IMG/VR virus record: IMGVR_UViG_3300045988_110945
Coordinates: 1 to 34,270 of that record
From: a virus
Direction: 5' to 3' (one strand)
DNA length: 34,270 nucleotides
A model generated the notes under the pieces. The model saw only the letters and a list, made by a program, of their open reading frames with translations. It had not been told where the DNA came from and did not search any database. The stretch's first letter is position 1. Every line of letters starts with the position of its first letter. The translations under genes and the position numbers were made by a program. Shown piece by piece: positions 1-8,697 of this stretch.

Positions 1-102
1 ATGAGGTCTATCGGCAAATTAAGTCAAGATATCGCTAAGAATAAAAGTTTATTAGAGAAGATTATCGATTTTTTGATGAGTATTTTCAAATTTAAGAAAT
101 AA
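1..102 (+). CDS. 3' end of the endolysin gene that starts at 33319, continuing across the circular junction. Bases 1-55 duplicate 34216-34270. The tail reads MRSIGKLSQDIAKNKSLLEKIIDFLMSIFKFKK and ends at TAA 100-102.
   Basis: The in-frame continuation of the 33319 reading frame through the window end was checked codon by codon. ATG 34216 is in frame and the stop is at 100-102. An SD (aaggagg, 101-107) for the next gene follows immediately. Confidence 0.6.
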   Translation: MRSIGKLSQDIAKNKSLLEKIIDFLMSIFKFKK

Positions 103-111
103 GGAGGTAAT

Positions 112-366
112 ATGAAACTAAAAGCACTAAAGAATATTGACTATAAAGACGTGGCTATTCGTGCTGGATGGACATTCATACAGACGTTTATCGCAACATT
201 TTTACTAGCTGGCGTAAACTTAGTAAACTTGTTATTCGCAGCGAGCTGGCACGAGCTATATGCTTTAACAATGGCTACTGCATTGTCTGCAATCGCGGCT
301 GGATTATCTGCGGCTAAGACTATTATTCTAGACTTAGTACGTCAGATGAAAGAAGCTGTTGAGTAA
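112..366 (+). CDS. Small two-TM membrane protein; putative holin (84 aa).
   Basis: An SD (AAGGAGG) lies 5 nt upstream. There are two hydrophobic helices (WTFIQTFIATFLLAGV and LYALTMATALSAIAAGLSAA) and a charged C-terminus. It sits directly after the endolysin. Confidence 0.5.
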   Translation: MKLKALKNIDYKDVAIRAGWTFIQTFIATFLLAGVNLVNLLFAASWHELYALTMATALSAIAAGLSAAKTIILDLVRQMKEAVE

Positions 367-410
367 TTCGGAAATCCCGAACAACTGAAAATAACATTGT
401 ACGACATAAG

Positions 411-450
411 AAAAAAGAGGCAAAGACGATATATCTTGCCTCTTTTTTTG
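411..450. terminator. Bidirectional rho-independent terminator separating the convergent late (plus) and early (minus) operons.
   Basis: AAAAAAGAGGCAAAGA...TCTTGCCTCTTTTTTT: a GC stem flanked by an A-tract on one side and a T-tract on the other. Confidence 0.6.
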
Positions 451-502
451 AGTTTTCTGACACCTCGTCATCGAACTCAACCTCACACAATATTATTATA
501 CA

Positions 503-712
503 CTATTTTCTTACACTCTTAGGGACTTTTCTTGTCGGATTGAATGTCCGCTGTGTTTGAATTGTCCTAGCGTCTAACGGTCTTTTGCAGTTGCGACACT
601 CGGCACGTTCTGTCTTAGCATTGAACTTTACCCACTCGCCGCATTCACGACAAAAACCAATTAAAGACGCTCTTTCTTCTGGAGTTATTTGGTCAATCTC
701 ATCGGTTGTCAT
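503..712 (-). CDS. Small zinc-ribbon protein (69 aa).
   Basis: CRECGEW...CRNCKRP gives two CxxC pairs. It is the last gene of the leftward operon. Confidence 0.45.
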   Translation of the reverse strand: MTTDEIDQITPEERASLIGFCRECGEWVKFNAKTERAECRNCKRPLDARTIQTQRTFNPTRKVPKSVRK

Positions 713-800
713 AGTCGATAAATTGTTTCCACTCTGGCGGAATAACTTCCACTGGAACTTGTTTCTTATATGTCGGTATTAAGTCTATCTGTATTCGCAT
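699..800 (-). CDS. Small upstream ORF (33 aa, MRIQIDLIPTYKKQVPVEVIPPEWKQFIDYDNR) translationally coupled to the zinc-ribbon gene through an ATGA overlap.
   Basis: A strong SD (GAAGGAGGG) lies 6 nt before the ATG at 800. Its stop TGA overlaps the ATG of the 503..712 gene, which has no SD of its own. Confidence 0.3.
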   Translation of the reverse strand: MRIQIDLIPTYKKQVPVEVIPPEWKQFIDYDNR

Positions 801-902
801 ATATACCCTCCTTCATAGACTAATTTCCATATAGTAGGGGTTCGCGTCATATTTGTTCCCCCTCAATTTGTCCTGTCTTACACAATTATTGCCGCAAGCA
901 CG

Positions 903-1610
903 CTACTTCACTACTTTCTCATTTTTCCCACAGCCGCTACAATATAGCCAACCGCTATTGAATATTATAGCACTTGCTCGGTTGTCTTCGTGAAACGGAC
1001 ATCGAATACTCCAGCCTCGTGGATTATGCCTCGCTCGTGGGTCGTAAGACCTAGCGACCGCTTCTACGTCGTTGCTATCTATAGTCTTGTCTGTATATAC
1101 AGGAGGGTGCCACTCCTTTTTGTATTTACAGAGCCTGTAAGCTTCTCCAGAAAGCAATCTGGCTATAGGCACATCTCTCACTATTTTGTAGCTAGCACCA
1201 CACTTAAAGACGCTTCCTGGAGCTGTTATATTGCTGTTGTCGCCTTTCAATTCAAAGTTCTTGCAGTGCCTGTCGTCATTGATGTTTTGGACGGGGATAT
1301 CCTTCAATACCCAATAAAACAAGTGATAGCCACCACTCGGAGTTGCCACTGTAAGAGTTTGTGGTAGCTCCAAAGCCTTGAAGGTAGCTATGACCTCGTC
1401 CCAGTTGTCTTTGTGGTCTAGGTCAACTGCTATAAGCTTCCAGCGACCTGTCTTATCAAGCTGTCGGTATCCAGTAAGCAAGGCATTCGCCGTAGCTTTA
1501 CTAGATTTTAATGGACGACAATTCTTGTCATCTGACCATTTGTCTAGTGTATATCGGTTCTTCTTTGTCCCTTGCCAAGCAAATGACAATAAATCCTGTA
1601 GCTCGTCCAC
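903..1610 (-). CDS. Bifunctional primase-polymerase (Prim-Pol, archaeo-eukaryotic primase fold) with a C-terminal CHC2-type zinc finger.
   Basis: Prim-Pol motifs LIAVDLDHKD (DxD) and TPSGGYHLFY (sGGYH) are present. The C-terminal CPFHEDNRASAIIFNSGWLYCSGCG resembles the DnaG CHC2 zinc finger. Confidence 0.65.
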   Translation of the reverse strand: MDELQDLLSFAWQGTKKNRYTLDKWSDDKNCRPLKSSKATANALLTGYRQLDKTGRWKLIAVDLDHKDNWDEVIATFKALELPQTLTVATPSGGYHLFYWVLKDIPVQNINDDRHCKNFELKGDNSNITAPGSVFKCGASYKIVRDVPIARLLSGEAYRLCKYKKEWHPPVYTDKTIDSNDVEAVARSYDPRARHNPRGWSIRCPFHEDNRASAIIFNSGWLYCSGCGKNEKVVK

Positions 1611-1621
1611 GCTTATCTCCC

Positions 1622-1921
1622 TTACTGTTTTTTGCGGCGTTCAAGATATTCGTTCATACAATGTATATGCACAACACCGTCTTTTTCTATATAATAACCG
1701 CTTCCAATTGGCGATATCACCAGCTCTTTTCCGCAATGTAAACATTCCTGTTTAGAGAATCGCCCAAAAACACCACTCCAAAATTGTATATCCCTTTTAA
1801 TCTCGTCATGTTTCTTTTCGATTTCTCTCTTAGCTTTATCGATATCTCTCCTCATATCTGCTAGATTGTCCGTCTTGACTATAGTGATGAACGGTAATCT
1901 AATGTCAATCTTCATCTTCAA
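1622..1921 (-). CDS. Hypothetical protein with a Cys/His cluster (CLHCG...HIHC), 99 aa.
   Basis: The ORF lies in the operon and overlaps the next gene by 17 nt. A putative Zn-binding motif is present. Confidence 0.4.
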   Translation of the reverse strand: MKMKIDIRLPFITIVKTDNLADMRRDIDKAKREIEKKHDEIKRDIQFWSGVFGRFSKQECLHCGKELVISPIGSGYYIEKDGVVHIHCMNEYLERRKKQ

Positions 1922-2234
1922 TCTCCTTTACGTCTTTGAAAAGACCGTTATATTGGCTTTTAATAAGCTCAAGAATCTTAGCCTGGTTGTCTGTCATTTT
2001 GTCCCTTATCTGCTTAACCATATGAGTGTATGGAAGCTCGCTTGGGTTTTCATACTCTGATTTAACAATTTCTGCCGCCTCTAATAGTGCGTCATTTTTT
2101 CCCAATAAAACTAGTTCCTCAACACTATCTAAAGTTAAGAGTATCTGCCCGTGTATCTGCAACGGACTTTTGTGTCTAGAATCTTGTATAACTGTTTTTA
2201 TTATACGATATAGTTGTCTCTCGTGTTTGTCCAT
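1905..2234 (-). CDS. Hypothetical protein (109 aa).
   Basis: The ORF is tightly packed in the operon. Confidence 0.4.
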   Translation of the reverse strand: MDKHERQLYRIIKTVIQDSRHKSPLQIHGQILLTLDSVEELVLLGKNDALLEAAEIVKSEYENPSELPYTHMVKQIRDKMTDNQAKILELIKSQYNGLFKDVKEIEDED

Positions 2235-2240
2235 TATTAT

Positions 2241-2507
2241 TTACTCCCCCCATGATTTAGGGTATTTTGGTATTCCTGAATCACCTACGCAAAAGTCTGC
2301 ACTTCTATACCCGTTTTCCCAGACATAATCTTTACCAAAATGCTTTTGACAAATTTCGTCCCTAGATAGTCCCTTTTCAGCCCCTATTGAACTGAAGATG
2401 AGGAATATAAGGATTCCTATAAACAACGCCATCCAGATAGACGAAAAAATACCTGCTTCCTTGATTTCCTCCCATGACTTAGTTATCCGATTTATTAGAC
2501 CTTTCAT
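2241..2507 (-). CDS. Single-pass membrane protein (88 aa) with a Cys-containing extracytoplasmic C-terminal part.
   Basis: TM segment IFSSIWMALFIGILIFLIFSSI, followed by a hydrophilic region with two Cys. Confidence 0.45.
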   Translation of the reverse strand: MKGLINRITKSWEEIKEAGIFSSIWMALFIGILIFLIFSSIGAEKGLSRDEICQKHFGKDYVWENGYRSADFCVGDSGIPKYPKSWGE

Positions 2508-2538
2508 TTAATTTCCTCCTTACCCCCGTAGGGTACAT

Positions 2539-3135
2539 TTAGCTTTCATTTGTATCTGACGGGTCAATTCCAAAATAAATCTTCCAATCTTGCTCGTTTT
2601 CTCTGATAGATTTTTCAGCTTCTGCTTTGGTTTTGTAACGTACGATTTCTCCATCATCATAGTAATCAAGTTCACACACGGCGAGCGTTTCACATCCATG
2701 GTCATAATAGACCATCCAGCCGCCTTTTCCATTCTTAAAATCTGGCTTAAACATTGATGTTCGGCATAGTCTGACTTCGGCTAGTTCACGCTCGCGTGCT
2801 TTTTCGCACTCTTCTTCAGTGCGATAAACCCTACCAACCCTATACATCGAAGCGTGCCAGGGGTCTTTGCTCCAAGTAAAACACCCAATTTCTCCGTCCG
2901 AGTAGTGCGACCAGTATTCCTCGCCTATTTTAGGCTTCCAGTGAATACTGTCTGTCGGTTCGACTTCCTCGAACCACTCTGTGAGAATATTTGGAAACTT
3001 TTCAAGCGTCGATTGGGCGTAAGCCATAACACCATAGCCACCATCGTCATAGACCAAAGCACCATATTCAGATATATAGAATAAATCTCCAGCTTTGAAT
3101 GTCGGTAAATCTTTAAGTAGTTTGTAATACTTCAT
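2539..3135 (-). CDS. Hypothetical protein (198 aa) with an apparent internal duplication.
   Basis: AGDLFYISEYGALVYDDGGYGVMAY and GGWMVYYDHGCETLAVCELDYYDDGEIVRY look like two copies of one module, and each is followed by a short Glu/Lys/Ala/Arg-rich stretch. Confidence 0.45.
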   Translation of the reverse strand: MKYYKLLKDLPTFKAGDLFYISEYGALVYDDGGYGVMAYAQSTLEKFPNILTEWFEEVEPTDSIHWKPKIGEEYWSHYSDGEIGCFTWSKDPWHASMYRVGRVYRTEEECEKARERELAEVRLCRTSMFKPDFKNGKGGWMVYYDHGCETLAVCELDYYDDGEIVRYKTKAEAEKSIRENEQDWKIYFGIDPSDTNES

Positions 3136-3269
3136 TGTCTATCCTTTCCTTGTCTACACAATTTCGTGCAGTTTAATCCAATTTATTAAGCACAATTTCA
3201 TATCTGCCATCGTCAAGGGTAACCTCTGCACGCCCGCCATCTGATATTTTAAGTATCTCTACTATAAGA

Positions 3270-3617
3270 CTAAGAGCTAACCTCACTTTGATGTCCTCTG
3301 GTGCTTGTGCCCACATCACCTCTATTGGATGTATTGAAAACATATACCGCCTCCTTATCGCCTTTACTCAAATTACAATTTCTATGTGCCAACTGGCAGT
3401 TCTCGATTGTCGTTAAGCCACCCTTGCTGATTGGCACGATGTGGTCAATTGTGCAATCTTTCATTGTTTCGATTGATTTACCACAAAGCGCGCAGGTCGC
3501 TCCGTTCTTATTTATCAGTTGTCTACGTATGAATTGCGTGGTGCGAGTTTCTTTCATGCTGTAAACTCTAGGTGTTGGCATTTTGTAATTACGTCCTTTA
3601 ATATTCCTTTTCATCAT
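3270..3617 (-). CDS. HNH endonuclease.
   Basis: CALCGK...DHIVPISKGG...NCQLAH..CN is the HNH signature. The start is coupled (TAATG) to the upstream gene's stop. The C-terminal ~25 aa may be low-quality read-through. Confidence 0.65.
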   Translation of the reverse strand: MMKRNIKGRNYKMPTPRVYSMKETRTTQFIRRQLINKNGATCALCGKSIETMKDCTIDHIVPISKGGLTTIENCQLAHRNCNLSKGDKEAVYVFNTSNRGDVGTSTRGHQSEVSS

Positions 3618-4564
3618 TAAACCCCCAGCATACAGCCTATGAAGTTCTCCTCGTTTCGGTCTTCGAATATTGTCTTTTTGAGGACTTCCTCGAGTTCATC
3701 CATATTCCTTTCTATTTGGTCTACATACATCAATTTACCGCCAATCACAACATTAAACTCGTTGTTGTATTCTTGCTTGATTATATCCTCCAACCTTGTA
3801 TTGTGCCAGAAACAAATGGATGTCCCATAACCATCGGTAAGAACAGGTGAGCTCTCTCCGAATTTGAACTGACAGCGTCTGAAAAACTCAGAGTGTGTAG
3901 CAATCGCTATATCGTTTATATTAAAGACCTCGTCAAACTTCTTGACTACTATCTCGCAATGCCAGTTGTCGTTAGTGAACATAACAGTTACCGCACACCG
4001 CACCTGGTTAGTTTCCAGCCAATCTACCAGCCGTTTTACTCGCTCAGAGCGTTTATTTATTAGCTCGTGGTCGACCCCCCAGCTTACCATAGCAGGTATT
4101 AAGATGTTTACTCGCTTAGAGCGTGGATTTCCGTTGTACATGCTTCCGAAAGTCTCTGGTATTCCCTCAACGTATCTGCCCATGTCGATGAAGTCGCCAG
4201 TAACGTCATACTCGACACCCATTCCAGCACTATCACCGCCCAAAATCTTGTCGTCTTTCTCGATGAAGTTTGCAACTTTAGACGGATTATTTTTGAAAGT
4301 GTCCATCGCCTCGACGTAAGTTTCGAAGAGATTGAAGCTGTTTTTACCCATCTTGCGAGAACTGTTGCCGTAATTCCCCTTCGCCAAGCTCGTATCTGTC
4401 AAAGCGTTTAAGAATATGTCGACACCCTCGAACTTCCCGCAAAGCTCTTTATTCTCAAGATATTTTAGACTTGTCTTGGTTTTATTACAGAACTTTCCGA
4501 AGATGTAGCCATCTCCTCGCTCGATGTCTTTCAATGTATTATAGTCTATCAATTCCATAAACAC
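3617..4564 (-). CDS. Hypothetical protein (315 aa), encoded immediately downstream of and coupled to the AAA+ ATPase.
   Basis: The ORF starts 4 nt after the ATPase stop. It is not acidic or low-complexity. No vWA MIDAS (DxSxS) motif could be seen. Confidence 0.5.
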   Translation of the reverse strand: MFMELIDYNTLKDIERGDGYIFGKFCNKTKTSLKYLENKELCGKFEGVDIFLNALTDTSLAKGNYGNSSRKMGKNSFNLFETYVEAMDTFKNNPSKVANFIEKDDKILGGDSAGMGVEYDVTGDFIDMGRYVEGIPETFGSMYNGNPRSKRVNILIPAMVSWGVDHELINKRSERVKRLVDWLETNQVRCAVTVMFTNDNWHCEIVVKKFDEVFNINDIAIATHSEFFRRCQFKFGESSPVLTDGYGTSICFWHNTRLEDIIKQEYNNEFNVVIGGKLMYVDQIERNMDELEEVLKKTIFEDRNEENFIGCMLGV

Positions 4565-4567
4565 CTA

Positions 4568-5557
4568 CTAAAATATTTCAAAACTGCTTTCGTCGAAGAC
4601 TAGTCCACGTTTTTTTTCTTTCTTTGATTTTCCGTCCCATTTCTCCTTAGCTATATCTCGAAAACGCGACTTCTTATCATTTGGTAAGTTTTCTACAATC
4701 ACAGCATTTAAGACAGTGTCAAAATCAAGCCCAGCATTCAATAAAGAACAGCCTTTCATAGTGGCTCGTGGCGTTACCAAGGCTCGAATACCGTCTTCCT
4801 CGATAGTTTTTCTCAGTTCTCGCACGACCTTGAGCCATTTCTTGCCAGTCTTGCCGTACGCTTCTGCCATTTTGTCTTCCAGCTTTTCATCAACGTCCCA
4901 GACCAACACAGCGAAGCGGTCAAGCGTGGCAGCGTCAAGTTGGTTACGACCTACATACATACGGTTAGAGCCGTTTCCGAACGTGTTAGCAGAGGCAATA
5001 AAGACAAAGTCCTTGTGTCGTTCCACCATTTTGTCTGGAAAGGCACAGAACCCGTTAGACAGTGCCGCATTCACCTGGATAAGAACGTTAGCGTTACCAG
5101 CGTCGATTTCGTCCATCAAAAACACTCCGCCCTCCTCATACGCTTTACGGAAGAGTGTCGGCACGTAGCCTCCTGAAGCGTGCATATAGCCGATTATGTC
5201 TGATTTTGAGGTTTGAGCACCTACCGACATTGTGTAGTGTTTCAATCCCAATGCCTCAGCGACCTGAGTGGCGGCGTGCGTCTTTCCAGTTCCTGCCATT
5301 CCGACTAGCATTACAGGGATTTTCTGAGAAGCCATAACAATCAGATTGTCCAAAGCCTTGTGGCGTAAGCCTTTAACCTTGTGAATCTTGCCATCATACT
5401 CAATTTTGAATGGTGCGTTTTCTTTGATAGATTTCTCAGCGTCTTTTATAAGTTTCTTAAACTCTGATATTTCGCTTGATATTTTATCGTCAATTTTGTC
5501 TGAGACTGTTTTGTCAATCTCGTCTAGTAAGGTGTTTAGCCCTAAGAAGTTTGCCAT
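4568..5557 (-). CDS. AAA+ ATPase of the AAA_5 (MoxR/CbbQ/CobS-like) family with an N-terminal coiled-coil extension.
   Basis: Walker A is MLVGMAGTGKTHAA and Walker B is VFLMDEIDAGN. Sensor-like FIASANT and an Arg finger-like LDRF are present. The SD is GGAGA. Confidence 0.65.
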   Translation of the reverse strand: MANFLGLNTLLDEIDKTVSDKIDDKISSEISEFKKLIKDAEKSIKENAPFKIEYDGKIHKVKGLRHKALDNLIVMASQKIPVMLVGMAGTGKTHAATQVAEALGLKHYTMSVGAQTSKSDIIGYMHASGGYVPTLFRKAYEEGGVFLMDEIDAGNANVLIQVNAALSNGFCAFPDKMVERHKDFVFIASANTFGNGSNRMYVGRNQLDAATLDRFAVLVWDVDEKLEDKMAEAYGKTGKKWLKVVRELRKTIEEDGIRALVTPRATMKGCSLLNAGLDFDTVLNAVIVENLPNDKKSRFRDIAKEKWDGKSKKEKKRGLVFDESSFEIF

Positions 5558-5634
5558 GATTACTATATATCTCCAATTTTAATTTAATAAAAGAAAGGTG
5601 CGACCGTTTGCAAGACGGCAGTTTTGCAGTTTTT

Positions 5635-6114
5635 TTAGCTCTCTTTTGGATGTTTTTCTAAAGTGTCAAAACACGCAGCTAACATATATAGAGTTTTGTC
5701 GACGGCTCCATTTTTCTTGCCGTCTTGAGGAAGTCCTTGGTATGACTTAAAAACGGTTTCGCCGATGCCGTCCGCAAGTGCGACAGCTTCCATTGTTGAC
5801 AATCCGAACACAGTCTCGGCAGTCATAACAAGTGCAGTCTTCACGTCGGATGTGTCCTCAAACTTAGTTCCTACACTATTGATAACATCAACTACCATCA
5901 AAACTCGTACAGCGAATTTTATATTCTTTGCAAGGTCGGAGTTTTCATCATAATTTTCAATTATTGTTGACGACAGCTCGTCAGCGTGTTGACGCAACTT
6001 AGGTTCTGCATCTAATGCCTCTAGTAATTCTTTTGTGAGTTTTTCGATAATCTCAAGTGCTTCGTTTTCTAAAGCCTTACGTTTGTCAGATTTTTTAGAA
6101 GTATTTGTAAACAT
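5635..6114 (-). CDS. Hypothetical protein (159 aa).
   Basis: An ORF in the operon with no recognisable motif. Confidence 0.45.
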   Translation of the reverse strand: MFTNTSKKSDKRKALENEALEIIEKLTKELLEALDAEPKLRQHADELSSTIIENYDENSDLAKNIKFAVRVLMVVDVINSVGTKFEDTSDVKTALVMTAETVFGLSTMEAVALADGIGETVFKSYQGLPQDGKKNGAVDKTLYMLAACFDTLEKHPKES

Positions 6115-6144
6115 AAATTGTTCCCTTTCTGGTAATTATTTTCT

Positions 6145-6357
6145 TTAGAATAATTCTAGTTGCGTGGCATAAATTGCACGGCTAGCTAGTATCTGATTTA
6201 TGCGGTGAATAGTTCGCTCGCTCTCGTTCAGGTCGTTTAATGCACCCTCTTTCATCTCCAGCAAGTCTACTGTGTCGACCTCATCTAATGACTGATAATC
6301 GTCCTCGTAGTAAGGCTTTACTTCTTTTTCCATTTCTTTTCCTCCTCTTTCATCCAT
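6145..6357 (-). CDS. Hypothetical acidic protein. The likely true start is the internal ATG at 6333 (MEKEVKP), which is preceded by GAGGAGG.
   Basis: The ORF is on the track, and an internal start with a strong SD is available. Confidence 0.4.
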   Translation of the reverse strand: MDERGGKEMEKEVKPYYEDDYQSLDEVDTVDLLEMKEGALNDLNESERTIHRINQILASRAIYATQLELF

Positions 6358-6446
6358 TCTTCATCTTGCTTTGCTATGTTGTACTCTGAAATAGCTGCAA
6401 AAATTAGCAGAGCCATAACAATTATTATCCAGATTAAAATAAACAT
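6318..6446 (-). CDS. Small single-TM peptide (42 aa, MFILIWIIIVMALLIFAAISEYNIAKQDEEWMKEEEKKWKKK).
   Basis: It has a hydrophobic N-terminal helix and a charged tail. The SD (AGGAGGGG) overlaps the SNF2 stop codon. A minimal ATG-TAA start-stop precedes its ATG. It overlaps the start of the next gene in another frame. Confidence 0.3.
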   Translation of the reverse strand: MFILIWIIIVMALLIFAAISEYNIAKQDEEWMKEEEKKWKKK

Positions 6447-6463
6447 TTACATTTACTCCCCTC

Positions 6464-7666
6464 CTAGGCGTTGCCATTTAATAATTCTATTATAGTCTTG
6501 TCGTCCAAATTAGTTAAGTTATTATCGAAGTCTTTTTTCGCATTCAATGCTTTATAGATTGCCGTGTCAATTGTATGTTGCGACTTCAGTTGATAAAACA
6601 CACATCGTTTCGACTGACCGTTCCTGTAAGTTCTACCTTCTGCTTGTGAGTAGTCAATAAAACTGTAGCAAGGGCTTAAGAAAATGGTAGTGTTAAACTT
6701 CTGCAAGTTTAAGCCAGTTCCGCCAGATTGGTATTGCATAATCATCACGTTTTGGTCTGCAAACTTGTCTTTCTTAGCTCCGTACCAAACGCCGTGCTTA
6801 ATACCTTTCTTCTTTAATGCCTCGCTCAACTTCTCAATCGCATTCACGGTGTTGACGAATACCAAACAGTTGTCTAATCCTTCAATCTTCTCAACCGTCC
6901 AATTTATCTTCTCTGGTGCCACCTCAGCAAATTGGCGTAATGCCCAAGTCAATTTCGAAGCGTTATCCAACATATCGCCATCTGAAGTTGTTCTAGTCTT
7001 AAGCATTGAGATGTATTCTTTCCTCTTGACTGGGATGTCTACCTCGATAACTTGACGCTCTGGTAATTCTACAAAGTCTTCTGAACGTCCTCTCAATGCA
7101 ATACCGTTCCACCAATTGGCTAACTCGTCTGTACGGTTATAGCCGACAATCTCTGGATAGCCTTTGTAGCGTTGCTCGACTACATATCGACGATAGAACT
7201 CGGTCTTATTCCTTACCAAGCCTGTGATTTTGGCGTAATTCACTGCGTCTGCCCATTTACTCATTGGTGTGCCACTTAGTAGTGAATACCCCTGAGAAGT
7301 GCGTGAGCAAAGATAAAAAGCTCCTAAGCCTTGCTTGCTTTGGCTGTTCTTAATCCTGTGTGCTTCATCGATAATGATGTAGTAGTCGTCATAATCTGCT
7401 AGGTTGCCCGTCTGATATTTCTGCAAGAAGCTGTAACCCTTGACCTGGAAATCATCGAACTCTAATCCAGACTTCTCCAAATCCAATTCCCAGACCTTAG
7501 TATCTCGAACCGAAGCTGGACAAATAACTAAGACTTTACGTGAACCACTCCTGTAGGCTCTGAATATCGCCATTAAGGTCTTACCAGAACCAACACCTGC
7601 GAAGATATACGGTCTATCGCCTAGTTGCTCTAAATATCGCTCCTGCGATGGATATAAAGATATCAC
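6464..7666 (-). CDS. SNF2-family (DEAH-box) helicase.
   Basis: The P-loop is GVGSGKT and the DEAH box is IIIDEAHRIKN. Motif III is LSGTPMSKW and motif VI is QAEGRTYRNGQ. Confidence 0.8.
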   Translation of the reverse strand: MISLYPSQERYLEQLGDRPYIFAGVGSGKTLMAIFRAYRSGSRKVLVICPASVRDTKVWELDLEKSGLEFDDFQVKGYSFLQKYQTGNLADYDDYYIIIDEAHRIKNSQSKQGLGAFYLCSRTSQGYSLLSGTPMSKWADAVNYAKITGLVRNKTEFYRRYVVEQRYKGYPEIVGYNRTDELANWWNGIALRGRSEDFVELPERQVIEVDIPVKRKEYISMLKTRTTSDGDMLDNASKLTWALRQFAEVAPEKINWTVEKIEGLDNCLVFVNTVNAIEKLSEALKKKGIKHGVWYGAKKDKFADQNVMIMQYQSGGTGLNLQKFNTTIFLSPCYSFIDYSQAEGRTYRNGQSKRCVFYQLKSQHTIDTAIYKALNAKKDFDNNLTNLDDKTIIELLNGNA

Positions 7667-7965
7667 TTAGTTGTTTCTCCTTTCTTACGAATTAGCTTTA
7701 ATACTTCTTCTGCGTTTTCTGGGTATATAAAAAAACTGTCTTGCGACATATTGTTCAATTTTTGGTTCCAGAGGTCTTGTAGCGGTTGATGCTCAGCGTC
7801 TTCTGATTTCTTCCACTCGACAAAACAATGGTAACCATTTGGTGCTAAAAATAGCGTGTCTGGGAAACCACTAGGTACTCCTGGACCCGCTACTAATTGG
7901 ATTATAGTCCATCCACGTTTCTTGAAACGCTCTTGCTCTTTCCTCTTAAAATCCCGCTCTAGCAT
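7663..7965 (-). CDS. VRR-NUC domain nuclease (PD-(D/E)xK fold).
   Basis: GFPDTLFLAPNGYHCFVEWKK gives the PD...E.K signature. There is a 4-nt overlap with the SNF2 gene, which is a common SNF2/VRR-NUC pairing. Confidence 0.65.
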   Translation of the reverse strand: MLERDFKRKEQERFKKRGWTIIQLVAGPGVPSGFPDTLFLAPNGYHCFVEWKKSEDAEHQPLQDLWNQKLNNMSQDSFFIYPENAEEVLKLIRKKGETTK

Positions 7966-7975
7966 ATTATTCCTT

Positions 7976-8071
7976 ATATAGCCCGCATAATGGACAACCT
8001 GGGTGCAAAGGTCTAAAAGAACGAATAGATTATCCCAAGTTGCCCGTTATGCGGGCTATATGCCCGCATAT
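7976..8071. promoter_or_regulatory. Cluster of GCCCGCATA motifs in an intergenic region. There are direct copies at 7981-7989 and 8062-8070, an inverted copy at 8048-8056, and a degenerate copy at 8042. Two of them form a perfect palindrome, ATGCGGGCTATATGCCCGCAT.
   Basis: The repeats were read directly from the sequence. The site lies between the SSB-like gene and the VRR-NUC gene. Confidence 0.45.
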
Positions 8072-8077
8072 TTAGTC

Positions 8078-8686
8078 TTAGAATGGAACTTCCGAGAGGT
8101 CTACGTCTTCACTGTTGTCAATCATTTTTTCAACAGCAGTCTTAGCTTTTTCTTTCGGCTTAAAGCTTAACAAAGAACGCTCGATTGATGGGACTTCTTC
8201 TCCATTTTTGTTAGTATAAGTACGAGTTTCACTTTCTTTTACAGATAGCCAACAAGCAAACTCTTTCCCTGCTTTCTTGCGTTGCTCTAACATCTTAACC
8301 ATTGTGTCAAATAGTTCTTTAGCACTAAGAATGTTGCTCATAAAGTTGCGGGCGTTATCTTTTTTATCCTGCTCGGCGTTATGAACCACCAAGCGGCTAC
8401 AGTTCTCGATAGTGTATGGCAATGCTGCCTCACTTAGCCACATAGTAGCTGTAGCTTTACCATCAGCGTTGCTGACAGTAAACTCCATACCTAGTGTGCC
8501 TGATTTTGCACGAGTTAGCTCAATTTTGTCCACTGAAACTTCGTGAACGCCAAGTCCAAGCCAATTACCATTATTGTCGTTCAAGATGTTTTCCTTCATT
8601 TTAGCAGCTGCATCTTTTGCGACCTTGACGTCGTTATTCCCTAGTTCTTTTAACAACTCTTTCTGCAACTTTTCTTCTTCTGACAT
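8078..8686 (-). CDS. Putative single-strand DNA-binding protein partnering Sak4. It ends in an SSB-like acidic tail, DVDLSEVPF.
   Basis: The C-terminal acidic-PF tail resembles the SSB C-terminal protein-interaction motif. The position is immediately downstream of Sak4. Confidence 0.4.
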   Translation of the reverse strand: MSEEEKLQKELLKELGNNDVKVAKDAAAKMKENILNDNNGNWLGLGVHEVSVDKIELTRAKSGTLGMEFTVSNADGKATATMWLSEAALPYTIENCSRLVVHNAEQDKKDNARNFMSNILSAKELFDTMVKMLEQRKKAGKEFACWLSVKESETRTYTNKNGEEVPSIERSLLSFKPKEKAKTAVEKMIDNSEDVDLSEVPF

Positions 8687-8697
8687 ATTGTCCTCCT

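Noticed and set aside
3617-4564. Considered calling the 315-aa ATPase partner a vWA/CobT-like protein.
   Set aside because: No MIDAS DxSxS motif or vWA-like strand pattern could be recognised by eye, so it is left as hypothetical pending a profile search.
5590-5640. Possible plus-strand hairpin plus T7 run (GCAGTTTTGCAGTTTTTTT) as a terminator inside the minus-strand operon.
   Set aside because: The stem is weak and irregular, and it would be antisense to the operon. It is more likely incidental.
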